Part shown: positions 9,766 to 18,728 of the stretch, piece by piece
Position numbering within the stretch: the stretch's first letter is position 1
Layout: every line of letters starts with the position of its first letter
Assembly (NCBI GenBank): GCA_001791995.1
Contig: MGFR01000001.1
Location: 78,880 to 142,879 of the forward strand
Direction: 5' to 3'
DNA length: 64,000 bases
Origin: Candidatus Woesebacteria bacterium RBG_13_46_13
GTDB taxonomy: Bacteria; Patescibacteriota; Microgenomatia; UBA8517
Notes under the pieces: generated by a model
The model's input: the letters and a program-made list of their open reading frames with translations, nothing else
Told to the model about the DNA's origin: nothing
Databases searched by the model: none
Translations under genes and position numbers: made by a program

Positions 9766-10215
9766 TTAATTGTTGGCTTCGATTTTTTTGATTTCGGAAA
9801 GCCGTCTAGCAAAGCGTGCCTTACCCCCAAACTTGGTCTCCAAAAAAGCCTCAAGCATTGCCTTGGCTTCGTCGTCTTTGGTAAAATCAGCCGCCAAAAC
9901 CAGAATGTTCATATCATCGTCACTCCGTCCCGCCTTAACCTGCTCGGGGGTCTTACCCAAAGAGGCCCTTACTCCATCGAATTTATTGGCGGCAACATCA
10001 ACCCCCACCCCGCTGCCACAAAGGAGAATTCCCCTGGCTCCCGTGTCTTTCCCGACCATCGAGGCCACTTTCTCGGCATAGACGGTGTAATCGTCTTCGG
10101 GGACAAGAGTCTCCGCTCCCAAATCTTCAAAGACAAGTCCTTTTTCAAAAAGCCATCTCGAAATTTTCTCTTTTAAGTCAAATCCCCGATGGTCTGCTCC
10201 CAAGTAGATTTTCAT
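9766..10215 (-). CDS. rpiB: ribose-5-phosphate isomerase B (RpiB/LacAB family)
   Basis: 149 aa with the GADHRGF and LCGSGVG motifs. Confidence 0.88.
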   Translation of the reverse strand: MKIYLGADHRGFDLKEKISRWLFEKGLVFEDLGAETLVPEDDYTVYAEKVASMVGKDTGARGILLCGSGVGVDVAANKFDGVRASLGKTPEQVKAGRSDDDMNILVLAADFTKDDEAKAMLEAFLETKFGGKARFARRLSEIKKIEANN

Positions 10216-10216
10216 C

Positions 10217-10879
10217 TTAGCCTTTAAACCCTTCCGTTAAGTCGATAAGCTCCCTTTTGGGGTCAACAGCTTTAACTACGTCGGTGGCAACAGCCACTCC
10301 CACCGCCCCAAGTTCCAGGCTTTTTTTGACATCCTCCCGCGAGGCAATCCCGGCTCCAACGATTAAGGGAATTCCTCCCTCCTTGGTAATCACCGCTGCT
10401 TTGGCGATTATTTCCGGTTGAGCAGTAGCTACAGAAATTGAGGTCGATCCGATCAACTCGGGCGGTTCGTAAGCGACATATGTCGGCTTAAGCTCGAGGG
10501 CTTTTTTCAGCTCCTCCAGGCTTGAGGCAAAGACCAGGGTTTTCAGTTCAACCTCCCGGCAACGAGAAACCGCTTTGACCAAGTCTTCCCAGTTGGCGAA
10601 TTTATGCTCCGAATGGTTCAAGAAAACCCCCCTGATACCAACCTTGACGGCTTCCTCGGGAAGTGTCCAGCCGGTATTGGCTCCGTAGGTCACCGGGTCA
10701 ACATGCTGAATCCAGACTTCAAGTTTGGTTGAGCCGATGACCGTTTCGGCATCGATTATTTGCACCACGGGAATTATTTTAACCTGTGTCTGAAGAGCAA
10801 CCTCTTCCAAAATACGGGTCAGCTCTACGGCTTTTGAGCCGCTGCCTTGTTCATAAGTCTTAAAATTTACAAAAATCAT
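10217..10879 (-). CDS. tpiA: triosephosphate isomerase, archaeal-type (about 220 aa)
   Basis: Short TIM with the NHSEH and GANTG motifs, as in archaeal TpiA. Confidence 0.82.
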   Translation of the reverse strand: MIFVNFKTYEQGSGSKAVELTRILEEVALQTQVKIIPVVQIIDAETVIGSTKLEVWIQHVDPVTYGANTGWTLPEEAVKVGIRGVFLNHSEHKFANWEDLVKAVSRCREVELKTLVFASSLEELKKALELKPTYVAYEPPELIGSTSISVATAQPEIIAKAAVITKEGGIPLIVGAGIASREDVKKSLELGAVGVAVATDVVKAVDPKRELIDLTEGFKG

Positions 10880-11130
10880 CCCTGAATCCCCAAAATACCG
10901 TTCAATCTGCCTTTGTCAAAGCCGATCACGTTCTCTTTGGCCCCGTCGTCTTTGGTGATCACACTAAAAGGAACTCCCAAAAATCCTCCGGAGACGGCCA
11001 TCATCTCTTCTCTGGCAGCATCATCCTGATCGACCATCTTCTCGGTATAGGTCAAAGAGTGAGCGGTAAAGTAGTCCTTAAGCATTTTGCAGTAAGGACA
11101 AGTAGTTGTCGAGTAAATTACAATCTGCAT
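10876..11130 (-). CDS. glutaredoxin-like protein (NrdH/Grx family)
   Basis: 84 aa with a CPYC redox motif near the N-terminus. Confidence 0.8.
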   Translation of the reverse strand: MQIVIYSTTTCPYCKMLKDYFTAHSLTYTEKMVDQDDAAREEMMAVSGGFLGVPFSVITKDDGAKENVIGFDKGRLNGILGIQG

Positions 11131-11574
11131 CTATCTCACCTCCAAGGTTCCATCCATTCCCAAATCTTTGTGCCCGTCAACGCTGCAGTAAAAGCTAAAG
11201 GTTCCGACCTGACTGGCTGTAAATTCGACCGCATCCACTTCTCCCGCGGCCAGTGTCTTAGTCGTAACCCCCATACCTTCGATAGTAAAATTGTGGGGAA
11301 ACCTACCTGAATTTTTAAAAGTTAACCTAACCCTTTCTCCTTTTTTGACAGTAATGACTGAGGGGGTAAACGAATATTCGCTGGCAACAATACTGACTTC
11401 TCTAAATGGCTCTTGGCTACCCGCCCCTGTCTCGGAAGACGGGGTTGAGACTCCGGACGGTCCAGACGTTGTGGAAGAGGTAGTCTTGCCTCTGCTCATA
11501 ATAAAATAGGCCGCAAGCAAAAGCGCTAATAAAATTCCGAATGTGATAAAAACTGTTTTCTTCATTGCCCTCAC
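11131..11574 (-). CDS. membrane-anchored cupredoxin (plastocyanin/azurin-like copper-binding protein)
   Basis: N-terminal transmembrane anchor, a Ser/Thr-rich linker, then the type-1 copper ligands H...C...H...M (HNFTIEG ... FYCSVDGHKDLGM). Confidence 0.75.
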   Translation of the reverse strand: MRAMKKTVFITFGILLALLLAAYFIMSRGKTTSSTTSGPSGVSTPSSETGAGSQEPFREVSIVASEYSFTPSVITVKKGERVRLTFKNSGRFPHNFTIEGMGVTTKTLAAGEVDAVEFTASQVGTFSFYCSVDGHKDLGMDGTLEVR

Positions 11575-11656
11575 CCCCTCCCGCTAGAAAAGTATATCAA
11601 CTGTCGGGTATTGCTTCTACTTTTAATTACCGCGTATTTACCGCAATATTTCCGCA

Positions 11657-11830
11657 TTAGGATTCCAGTTTGGCGTAAACACCGAAAAGAGCCAAGACGG
11701 CAGCCACCAAGAGCCACTGCGTAGAGGCCAGCCAGATGTCCTGATAGAGATAGCCGAATCCGGCCAATATAATAGATGCGAAAGAGCCGAACATTAATAT
11801 TTTTGAGAACATCCTGATGTTCTTTTTCAT
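11657..11830 (-). CDS. small two-helix membrane protein, hypothetical
   Basis: 57 aa (MKKNIRMF...). The start ATG at 11830 is preceded by a GGTGAAGGAA ribosome-binding-like sequence. The longer upstream extension in the ORF track overlaps the VIT gene and is rejected. Confidence 0.45.
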   Translation of the reverse strand: MKKNIRMFSKILMFGSFASIILAGFGYLYQDIWLASTQWLLVAAVLALFGVYAKLES

Positions 11831-11844
11831 TTCCTTCACCCCCT

Positions 11845-12396
11845 TTAGACAAGATAACGGTCGATCACAAATCCCACCAGATAGGCAATTAGGGCCGCAA
11901 TCATTCCGATAAAAAGTACCTCCAGCCCGCTTTTGAGCCAATGCTTTTGGGTATAGATACTTTTAACCACGCCAATGGCAAACATCGAGGCGGCAACAAT
12001 GCCCAAGGAAAGAAAAAAACTGGGGTGCTCAATGAAAAAATAGGGAATCAGGGGAAGAATTCCGCCACCGGCAAAAGAGCCGAAGGTGATCAAAGCATGC
12101 CTTGTCGGTGAATCCGCTCTCCAATGGCCTATTCCCTTAGCTTTTTCAAATTCTTTTTCGCTTTTGACCCCGATAAAAATACCGGAGGCCATCGAAAATC
12201 CGTCGGCGAAGAGATTGGCCAGGCCCAAAATGAGAGCCACCGTCGAAGAAAATCCCGCCCCGTGTGAGCCGGCCACCACCGCAAAGGTGGTAATTATTCC
12301 GTCATCGGCCGCAAAGACGGCATCCCTTAATAGAGACGCTTGTTCGGAGATGCCGATTTTACCCACACCCCATTTTAACACTTGACTGGGAGTCAA
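11845..12396 (-). CDS. VIT1/CCC1 family iron/manganese transporter
   Basis: 183 aa with the DGIITTFAVVAG signature of the VIT family and C-terminal transmembrane helices. Confidence 0.75.
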   Translation of the reverse strand: MTPSQVLKWGVGKIGISEQASLLRDAVFAADDGIITTFAVVAGSHGAGFSSTVALILGLANLFADGFSMASGIFIGVKSEKEFEKAKGIGHWRADSPTRHALITFGSFAGGGILPLIPYFFIEHPSFFLSLGIVAASMFAIGVVKSIYTQKHWLKSGLEVLFIGMIAALIAYLVGFVIDRYLV

Positions 12397-12510
12397 ATAA
12401 AACCTAATTTGGCTTATCGGGTTGTGTTAAAGGAAGCAGGTGAAACTCCTGCGCTGTGCCGCAACTGTATAGCCAGAAAACTAGCAACCCGGGGCTTTCC
12501 GAGCAGAAAA

Positions 12511-13257
12511 ATGAGCATAGAAACCGTTTACTCCCAACAAGTCGAATATCAAGCTTCTTTTGTCTTGGAAACCCAAAGAATCCCCGACGCATACCATTTT
12601 CTTCTCAAAGACGGAAAATTGTTCTCTCCCGTAACCGGGTTGCCGGCAGAGAAATCTATAACCCGCAGAGACTCCCTGGAAGAGGCCGAATATCAAGCCT
12701 TCCTGCAAATTCAGGATTGGTTTGTCCAGAAGGAGGCGGGTCTGGTAGTTTGGATTAATCCTTCTTTCCCGAACCGCTACGGCTGCGCCAAGGCCATTAT
12801 TTCGGAAATCGTTTACACCTCCGCTTCGGAAAAAGCACTTATCAATAGAGCCGTTTGTTTCGATTGGGACGAGGAAACATGTCTCGCCTTCGCCAGAAAT
12901 CTTGGTCTTTCAAGAGTAAGCTCGGGTTGGGAATTAAGAACAAATCCCGTCTTTTTGGATAAGGGGGCAAGCGAAGAGGTCATTGGACTTATCGAAAAGC
13001 ACTCACCAAGTCAGGCCCAACTGATAAGATCCGGTCAGGACTTTATTATCAAAGAGAGGATTAAGGCCGAAATCGCCAGCGGCTATCTTCCTCCAAGCGG
13101 AGACTGCCTTTCCAGTTGCGGTTCGGCTCTAAAAATATTTACCGAAAATTCATCCCAGGTTAGCTGGGAATATAACGAAGGCACCTGTAGAATCTGCGGC
13201 AAAGAAACATCCGTGGGGCCATGCAAAATTTGTAGGGTCTGCGAGAGAATACTCTAG
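12511..13257 (+). CDS. hypothetical protein with a C-terminal Cys-rich zinc-ribbon-like tail
   Basis: The ORF track ORF 12382-13257 overlaps the VIT gene. The internal ATG at 12511 (MSIETVYSQQ...) is the likelier start. The tail reads CRICGKETSVGPCKICRVC. Confidence 0.55.
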   Translation: MSIETVYSQQVEYQASFVLETQRIPDAYHFLLKDGKLFSPVTGLPAEKSITRRDSLEEAEYQAFLQIQDWFVQKEAGLVVWINPSFPNRYGCAKAIISEIVYTSASEKALINRAVCFDWDEETCLAFARNLGLSRVSSGWELRTNPVFLDKGASEEVIGLIEKHSPSQAQLIRSGQDFIIKERIKAEIASGYLPPSGDCLSSCGSALKIFTENSSQVSWEYNEGTCRICGKETSVGPCKICRVCERIL

Positions 13258-13270
13258 AAGAAAGTACAAG

Positions 13271-13314
13271 GTGCTGCCAGAGATGAACCGAAGTTCAATT
13301 TCCTCTGGCAGCAC
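13271..13314. terminator. 12 bp perfect inverted repeat (GTGCTGCCAGAG / CTCTGGCAGCAC) with a 20 nt loop between convergent genes
   Basis: Read directly from the sequence. It lies between the stop of the 12511-13257 gene (plus) and the stop of the 13336-14121 gene (minus). Confidence 0.45.
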
Positions 13315-13335
13315 CAGATTCCGAAGAGCACCCTG

Positions 13336-14121
13336 CTAGCGGCGAGACTTCTTTTTGGCCTCAACCTTGGCAAAAGCTTCCTTGGTCAAGGATTCGAACG
13401 CCTCCACGGAGATGGGGACCAGATCCGATGCGGTCCAGGTCCTAAGCTTGCTGGGCTTGTGGGGGATGTAGGGATTCTCCAAAAGGAGAAGGCTTTCCTC
13501 TTCAGGGGACACCCCTTCTTCGTTGCTGGCGGCGAACAGATAATCGATCGCCCCTTCCCCACCCGGAAAATAGCCCGGATTACCGGTGACCACCACAACT
13601 TTCAGGGTGACCGCCTCGCGGACCTCCCGCTCCAAGCCCTGGAACGAGAACTTTCCGGAGGTTATCACTCCAGTCTGGAGGTCCTTGTTAAGCCCCGCCT
13701 CGATTTCGGCGATTTGCTTCTCGGTGAGTTTCTTAAGGATTCTCACGTCCCAGCATCTATCGCCCAGGCGTAGGAGCGCCTCGGGGCCGGTTTCGTGCTT
13801 GACCCACCAGCCGAGGGGCTCACCTTTCTTGTCCAGGCGGAAGACAAACGGGTAGTCGGCCATGACCACCACCATGCCGTTTGTCGGATTGGGTTGGAAG
13901 GTCGCAGAGGCCGATGTTCCCCGCCTCTTCTTGGCCGATGGCGTCGCTCCACCCGAGAAAAGGACCAAAAGACCCATGAGTATCAGTACGATCACGACGA
14001 TGAGAATCAGGATGTTGGTCTCGCTCGGGGTAAGACCAAGGGCGACGAGGACGTTGGTCAGAAAGATCAGGATTGCATCGAGGATCTTGACGAGCCAGAC
14101 GGGCAGATCGCTGATGTCCAC
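13336..14121 (-). CDS. hypothetical membrane-anchored protein in a high-GC atypical-composition gene
   Basis: 261 aa with N-terminal transmembrane helices. The codon usage is strongly biased toward G/C in the third position, unlike flanking genes. I recognise no domain. Confidence 0.6.
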   Translation of the reverse strand: MDISDLPVWLVKILDAILIFLTNVLVALGLTPSETNILILIVVIVLILMGLLVLFSGGATPSAKKRRGTSASATFQPNPTNGMVVVMADYPFVFRLDKKGEPLGWWVKHETGPEALLRLGDRCWDVRILKKLTEKQIAEIEAGLNKDLQTGVITSGKFSFQGLEREVREAVTLKVVVVTGNPGYFPGGEGAIDYLFAASNEEGVSPEEESLLLLENPYIPHKPSKLRTWTASDLVPISVEAFESLTKEAFAKVEAKKKSRR

Positions 14122-14286
14122 GTTTTTCCTCCTTGAGGGGAATAAGTGCTCTTCGGATATTAAGGAACTAGGCAGGGGTATCCTAGGTCGAACCTAGGGA
14201 TAGGCGTATTTTAACCTATAATTTGAATTTGTCAAAATTTATACCCTAAAAAGAAAGCTGCTTCCAGAAAGGGTGTAGAATAATTT

Positions 14287-14451
14287 ATGCCTTCGAAAAC
14301 GGTTTATTACCTTGCAGCTTTTATCGGTTCCATCGTCGGAGCCTATATTCCGGCTCTCTGGGGGGCGGGGTTCCTGTCTTTTTCTTCAGTTATCTTCAGC
14401 GCCATCGGAGGCATTGCCGGCCTGGTTATTGTCTGGAAATGGTTTAGCTAA
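14287..14451 (+). CDS. small membrane protein (54 aa), hypothetical
   Basis: ATG at 14287 preceded by AAAGGG. The translation is MPSKTVYYLAAFIGSIVGAYIPALWGAGFLSFSSVIFSAIGGIAGLVIVWKWFS. It is below the ORF-track size cut-off. Confidence 0.4.
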   Translation: MPSKTVYYLAAFIGSIVGAYIPALWGAGFLSFSSVIFSAIGGIAGLVIVWKWFS

Positions 14452-14453
14452 TT

Positions 14454-15191
14454 TTATCCGCGGTAGATACCCTTTATCCAATCGAAGTAGCGGATACTTA
14501 TAAGCTCCGCGAAGGAATTTATCAAATCCCGGGGAAAGCGGACCCGTGTTTGGGGGTCATTTTTCCAGGTAACCGGTACCTCTTTAATCGTAAAACCGTA
14601 CTTTCTGGCCAAAAAGAGAGCTTCGGAATCAAATCCCCAACGGAAAATCCGGGTTTTTTTGAAAATTTTCTCCCCGGCCTGAGCCGAAAAACATTTAAAT
14701 CCGCAGGTAAAATCGGAAACCCATGTGTTTAACGCAATCTGCGAAAGTAAGGTAAACCCTTTGCCGAGATACTCTCTGATGAAGGACTGATGAACCACAA
14801 CTCTTGCCCCCTTTAATTTTCGGGTGCCGATAAGTACATCTGCACTCCCCAGCAAAGGCCGGAATTTCTCGATCTCGGCAATCGGAGTCGAAAGGTCGAT
14901 GTCGCAAAAAAGTCTATAGGCACCGGAGGCCACCAACATGCCGGCTTTGACCGCATAACCTTTGCCGCGATTCTGTTTGTAACTTACAACCCTTAAACCA
15001 TACTTCTTTTGGTACGATTCAAGCTTTACCAGGGTATCGTCTTTACTGCCGTCGTTGACAACGATAAGCTCCCAGGGCTCCCTGACCCCACGCAGATACT
15101 TGACGATTTTTTCTAGATTCCCGATGCGCTTGGTCTCGTTATAGGCAGGGATTATAATAGACCAGAAAACTGGTTCTTTTCTCATGGTCAT
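14454..15191 (-). CDS. family 2 glycosyltransferase, polyprenol-phosphate sugar synthase-like (dolichol-phosphate mannosyltransferase-like)
   Basis: 245 aa with the IIIPAYNE, VVNDGSKD and DxD-type motifs typical of GT2 DPM-synthase-like enzymes. Confidence 0.82.
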   Translation of the reverse strand: MTMRKEPVFWSIIIPAYNETKRIGNLEKIVKYLRGVREPWELIVVNDGSKDDTLVKLESYQKKYGLRVVSYKQNRGKGYAVKAGMLVASGAYRLFCDIDLSTPIAEIEKFRPLLGSADVLIGTRKLKGARVVVHQSFIREYLGKGFTLLSQIALNTWVSDFTCGFKCFSAQAGEKIFKKTRIFRWGFDSEALFLARKYGFTIKEVPVTWKNDPQTRVRFPRDLINSFAELISIRYFDWIKGIYRG

Positions 15192-15212
15192 GGTTATACT
15201 ATAGCTTAAATA

Positions 15213-17591
15213 GTGATATTTCTACTGCTTGTTATCAACTTAATTTACTTTGCCCCGATGCTTTTGGGCAAGGTGCCCCTGCCGACCGATGCTTTGGCCG
15301 GCGCATATTACCCCTGGGCGGGACAAAACTGGGGGTTTGTGGCGGGAATCCCTTTTAAAAACATCTCCCTAACCGACGTATTCTCCCAACTCTATCCCTG
15401 GCGGGAGCTGGCCATGGATCTGATTAGGACCGGACAGTTGCCCCTTTGGAACTCGTTTTCTTTTTCGGGATATCCGCTTTTGGCCAACTGGCAATCGGCC
15501 CCTTTCTACCCCCTTAATATCCTGATGCTTATCTTCGGCAATATTCGCGGCTACGGCCTGATGGTTTTTGCCCAACCCCTTTTGGCCGGTTCGTTCATGT
15601 ATCTATTTCTCAGGCAGATTAAGCTTACCAAGGTTGCAGCGGTTTCGGGAGCAATTGTTTCCGCCTATTCGGGGTTTGTGATGACCTATCTGGAATATGC
15701 CACCGTCGGCCAAATCTTGGCCTGGCTGCCCTTGATCCTTTATCTGTTTGAGAAGTACTTCCAAAAGAGACAAATCCGTTTTCTGGCCCTTTCCGGACTG
15801 TCACTGTTTCCGGTTTTAACCGGCGGGTTTTTCCAGCCGGCTTTTTATGTCCTTTTGATTGCATCCCTCTACTTCATTTCCCGAACAATCTCCGATAAGA
15901 ACCCCAATAAAAAGCTGCCTCTATTCTTGGGTTTAGTCTTTATCTCGGTAGGGACAGCCACAGCCGCCGTCCAGCTAATCCCAACGGCCGAATTGCTCGG
16001 ATTATCCATCAGAACCCTCGACCACAATATTATCGAATACCATTACGGGCTTCTGCCTTTTAAGAACCTGATATCCTTCTTGGCTCCGGACTTTTTCGGC
16101 AACCCCGTAACCGGTAATTTCTGGGGGGCAATTCAGTATCAGGAAGCCACAGGATATTTCTCGGCCATAGCCTTAATTTTGGCGCTAACGGTTATTTTTT
16201 CCAGAAAAAAAGACTGGAAGAAAGTCCTTTTTTCCTCTCTTTTTGCTCTCTCTTTAATTCTTGCTTTTGATAACCCGATAAGCCGGCTTATCTATCAATT
16301 CGGCCTACCCCTGCTTTCAACCGGATACGCCTCGCGCTGGCTTATCGTCACGGCCTTTTCCGGAGCGTTCCTTTCGGCCATGGCCCTTGAGGAGTTGAAT
16401 CGTAAAAAGATAGCTCTCTTCCTTTTATTTGGAGTGGGAACACTGGTTGTAGTCGGGTTTTTAATTTGGGCAGCCATCATCCCTCTTAAATTCGCCCTTA
16501 TCCCTGTGGCGATAAGGAACCTAATTCTGCCTTTGGTCTTTATGGAAGCTGCCCTTTTTATCGTGCTATTTATCAAAAATCGAGCCTGGGCAACCTGGCT
16601 GCTATTGGCCCTAATTGTGATTGATTTGGGCCGTTTCGGAATAAAATTCACCCCATTTTCCAGCCCGGAATACACGACCCGGAAGCTATCGGTTTGGGAA
16701 TTTGTTAAAAAGGAAGGTGGGCTAAATCGTCTGGTAGGCGAAACCGGCCCCTTGCTGCCGGCCAACAGCTGGTTATACCCAAGGCTTTATTCCCCCACCG
16801 GCTATGACCCTTTGCTTATTAAAGACTACGCGGTGTTTTTCCGCGGAGTAAATATTGGGCAAAACGAAGATCAAGAGGTAAATGGTGATTTAGGGAAAGG
16901 CTATTTCACCCGCTATCTTAATCTGTCCAACCTTGACTCTCCTTTTGTCGATTTACTGGGAGTTAAGTATCTCCTGGCCCTAAAAATGGATGCGGGTAAG
17001 ATCAGACCCTGGGGCAAGATAAACGAATCTAAAATTGACCTTGGCCGCTATAACCCAGTATTTGATGACGGAACGACCGTTGTTTTGGAAAACAAAACTA
17101 CCCTTCCCCGTGCAATGCTTTACTACTCAGCCGAAACGGAAACCGATACCGCCAAGGCGGTCGAAAAAATGGTAGCCGGGTTTGATTTCAGAAAGAAACT
17201 CATTGTCGATAAAGAAAACCCTAGAGAATATCCGATAGGAAAGAGCGATACCGCCCAAATTACCAACTATTCTGCTAATAAAGTGGCGATGGAAACAAAG
17301 ACCGAAAACGGAGCTTTTCTCGTTTTAACCGATACCTTCTATCCAGGTTGGGAAGTTAGGGTGAACGGCGAAAAGAAGGAACTCTCCCGCGCTTTCGGGG
17401 TCTTCAGAGCAGTCGAGGTCGGCTCTGGAGAAAGTGTGGTGGAAATGGTTTACAAACCCTTGAGCTTTAGATTGGGCCTGGCGATCTCAATCTTATCCTT
17501 GACCATCTTAATGTTCTTTGCCACAAAGAAGATCGATTATGGCGGAGACGATAGCTCGTTTTTTGGAAATAAACATTACAAAATATTCTAG
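15213..17591 (+). CDS. YfhO family polytopic membrane protein (GT-C type glycosyltransferase candidate)
   Basis: 792 aa with many transmembrane helices and YfhO-like N-terminal motifs (PLWNSFSFSGYPLLAN). It is divergent from the GT2 gene. Confidence 0.7.
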   Translation: MIFLLLVINLIYFAPMLLGKVPLPTDALAGAYYPWAGQNWGFVAGIPFKNISLTDVFSQLYPWRELAMDLIRTGQLPLWNSFSFSGYPLLANWQSAPFYPLNILMLIFGNIRGYGLMVFAQPLLAGSFMYLFLRQIKLTKVAAVSGAIVSAYSGFVMTYLEYATVGQILAWLPLILYLFEKYFQKRQIRFLALSGLSLFPVLTGGFFQPAFYVLLIASLYFISRTISDKNPNKKLPLFLGLVFISVGTATAAVQLIPTAELLGLSIRTLDHNIIEYHYGLLPFKNLISFLAPDFFGNPVTGNFWGAIQYQEATGYFSAIALILALTVIFSRKKDWKKVLFSSLFALSLILAFDNPISRLIYQFGLPLLSTGYASRWLIVTAFSGAFLSAMALEELNRKKIALFLLFGVGTLVVVGFLIWAAIIPLKFALIPVAIRNLILPLVFMEAALFIVLFIKNRAWATWLLLALIVIDLGRFGIKFTPFSSPEYTTRKLSVWEFVKKEGGLNRLVGETGPLLPANSWLYPRLYSPTGYDPLLIKDYAVFFRGVNIGQNEDQEVNGDLGKGYFTRYLNLSNLDSPFVDLLGVKYLLALKMDAGKIRPWGKINESKIDLGRYNPVFDDGTTVVLENKTTLPRAMLYYSAETETDTAKAVEKMVAGFDFRKKLIVDKENPREYPIGKSDTAQITNYSANKVAMETKTENGAFLVLTDTFYPGWEVRVNGEKKELSRAFGVFRAVEVGSGESVVEMVYKPLSFRLGLAISILSLTILMFFATKKIDYGGDDSSFFGNKHYKIF

Positions 17592-17758
17592 TCTCCCGAA
17601 GGCTCCAATCCTCTTTTCTTAATTTCTTCCAATATCTTCCCACCGAGCGGTCGGCAAACACAATTCTTGGCATGCTCGAGGTGCCATTTAACCCTCTGAT
17701 CCAAGGTTGGATTTTTGGGCATTTTATTGGCCAAATGCCACTTGGCGTTAATTTTCAT
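17588..17758 (-). CDS. small hypothetical protein (56 aa) with an H/C-rich motif
   Basis: MKINAKWHLANKMPKNPTLDQRVKWHLEHAKNCVCRPLGGKILEEIKKRGLEPSGD. It overlaps the YfhO stop by 4 nt. Confidence 0.3.
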   Translation of the reverse strand: MKINAKWHLANKMPKNPTLDQRVKWHLEHAKNCVCRPLGGKILEEIKKRGLEPSGD

Positions 17759-17901
17759 CGCTTACCCCTTCTTCTCCGGGATGAAGTAAACAAACCAGAT
17801 AAACCAGAGGAGCCAAAGTAAATCCTTCCAGTCATGGGTGAGGATCCCTGGAACACCTAAGAGACCGAGAAATCCTAAGAAGCCCAACGTCCAATTTTTC
17901 T

Positions 17902-18303
17902 TCATTTCTTTAAAGTCAGCCCAAAAAATAAACCAATCAGAAGCATCTCAACCAGTCCTGTCAAGAACATATAGACCAAAGCATTGGCTGGTACCTTAAA
18001 CATCACCAACTGGGAAAAGACGTGCATCACGACACTGAGAAATGACACGATCAGGCCAAAACTCAATCCCTTTAATAGCATCGTCTGTCCCGGCAGGCTT
18101 TTATACAGCAGAAGAAACAATCCGGCCAGCACAAAGCCGTACAAGATGTCTATCCCAAAACCCAAGATAATATTAACCGAACTTTTTGCTATCGGTTTGT
18201 AGACTTCAAAAAGCTTTTGAGCGTAGGGGTTGGCATTGATTAGCCCATCTAGAAACCCCAAAAGAAGACCCCCAAAAACAGAAACAACCACATACCTCAA
18301 CAT
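17902..18303 (-). CDS. hypothetical integral membrane protein
   Basis: 133 aa with about four hydrophobic helices. Confidence 0.55.
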   Translation of the reverse strand: MLRYVVVSVFGGLLLGFLDGLINANPYAQKLFEVYKPIAKSSVNIILGFGIDILYGFVLAGLFLLLYKSLPGQTMLLKGLSFGLIVSFLSVVMHVFSQLVMFKVPANALVYMFLTGLVEMLLIGLFFGLTLKK

Positions 18304-18349
18304 ATATTTATATTATATCTAAACCGCAACAATGCCTCCCTGTCTTCAT

Positions 18350-18667
18350 TCATTTTTTGCTTTTGGATTTATATTTCAGCAGACGGAAAAGTCCTTTAGA
18401 TGGTTTGTAAACCTTGTCAGGAAATCTTTCGACAAGTTTCCACACGCATCCGTTAACCGTTTTCGGATGAAAGCTGCTATCTGATGCCTCAATTTTTGAA
18501 AGCAGTTCTGACCAATGCAGACCCTCTGGATGCTCCTCGAGCAACTCAAAAGTTTTTGCGTTTATTCGTCCTGTAACTGTGGATTTGCCCATTAGCAGTT
18601 TTCTGTGTTTTGGCTCAATTATGTGCTCGAGAATCGTAACTCTAATATAACCATGCAATTGTCTCAT
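18350..18667 (-). CDS. small winged-helix-like DNA-binding protein (Mrr_N-like), hypothetical
   Basis: 105 aa in the low-GC island. The pattern resembles the N-terminal winged helix of Mrr-type restriction proteins. Confidence 0.45.
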   Translation of the reverse strand: MRQLHGYIRVTILEHIIEPKHRKLLMGKSTVTGRINAKTFELLEEHPEGLHWSELLSKIEASDSSFHPKTVNGCVWKLVERFPDKVYKPSKGLFRLLKYKSKSKK

Positions 18668-18728
18668 ATTTTCAAGGCTTTTTCAGACTTTAGGCTTGTG
18701 GCTCAAATCATGGAAGAAATAGAAAAAC

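Noticed and set aside
11571-11941. Two overlapping about 93 aa minus-strand ORFs (11571-11852, 11657-11941)
   Set aside because: The longer versions overlap the VIT transporter gene or the cupredoxin gene. Only the short 57 aa version, with an ATG at 11830 preceded by an RBS-like sequence, is retained, and only at low confidence.
17762-17905. 47 aa hydrophobic ORF (MKKNWTLGFLGFLGLL...) whose start overlaps the stop of the 17902-18303 gene (ATGA)
   Set aside because: It is plausible as a coupled mini membrane protein, but it is too short and unconserved to support from the sequence alone. It is not listed as a feature.
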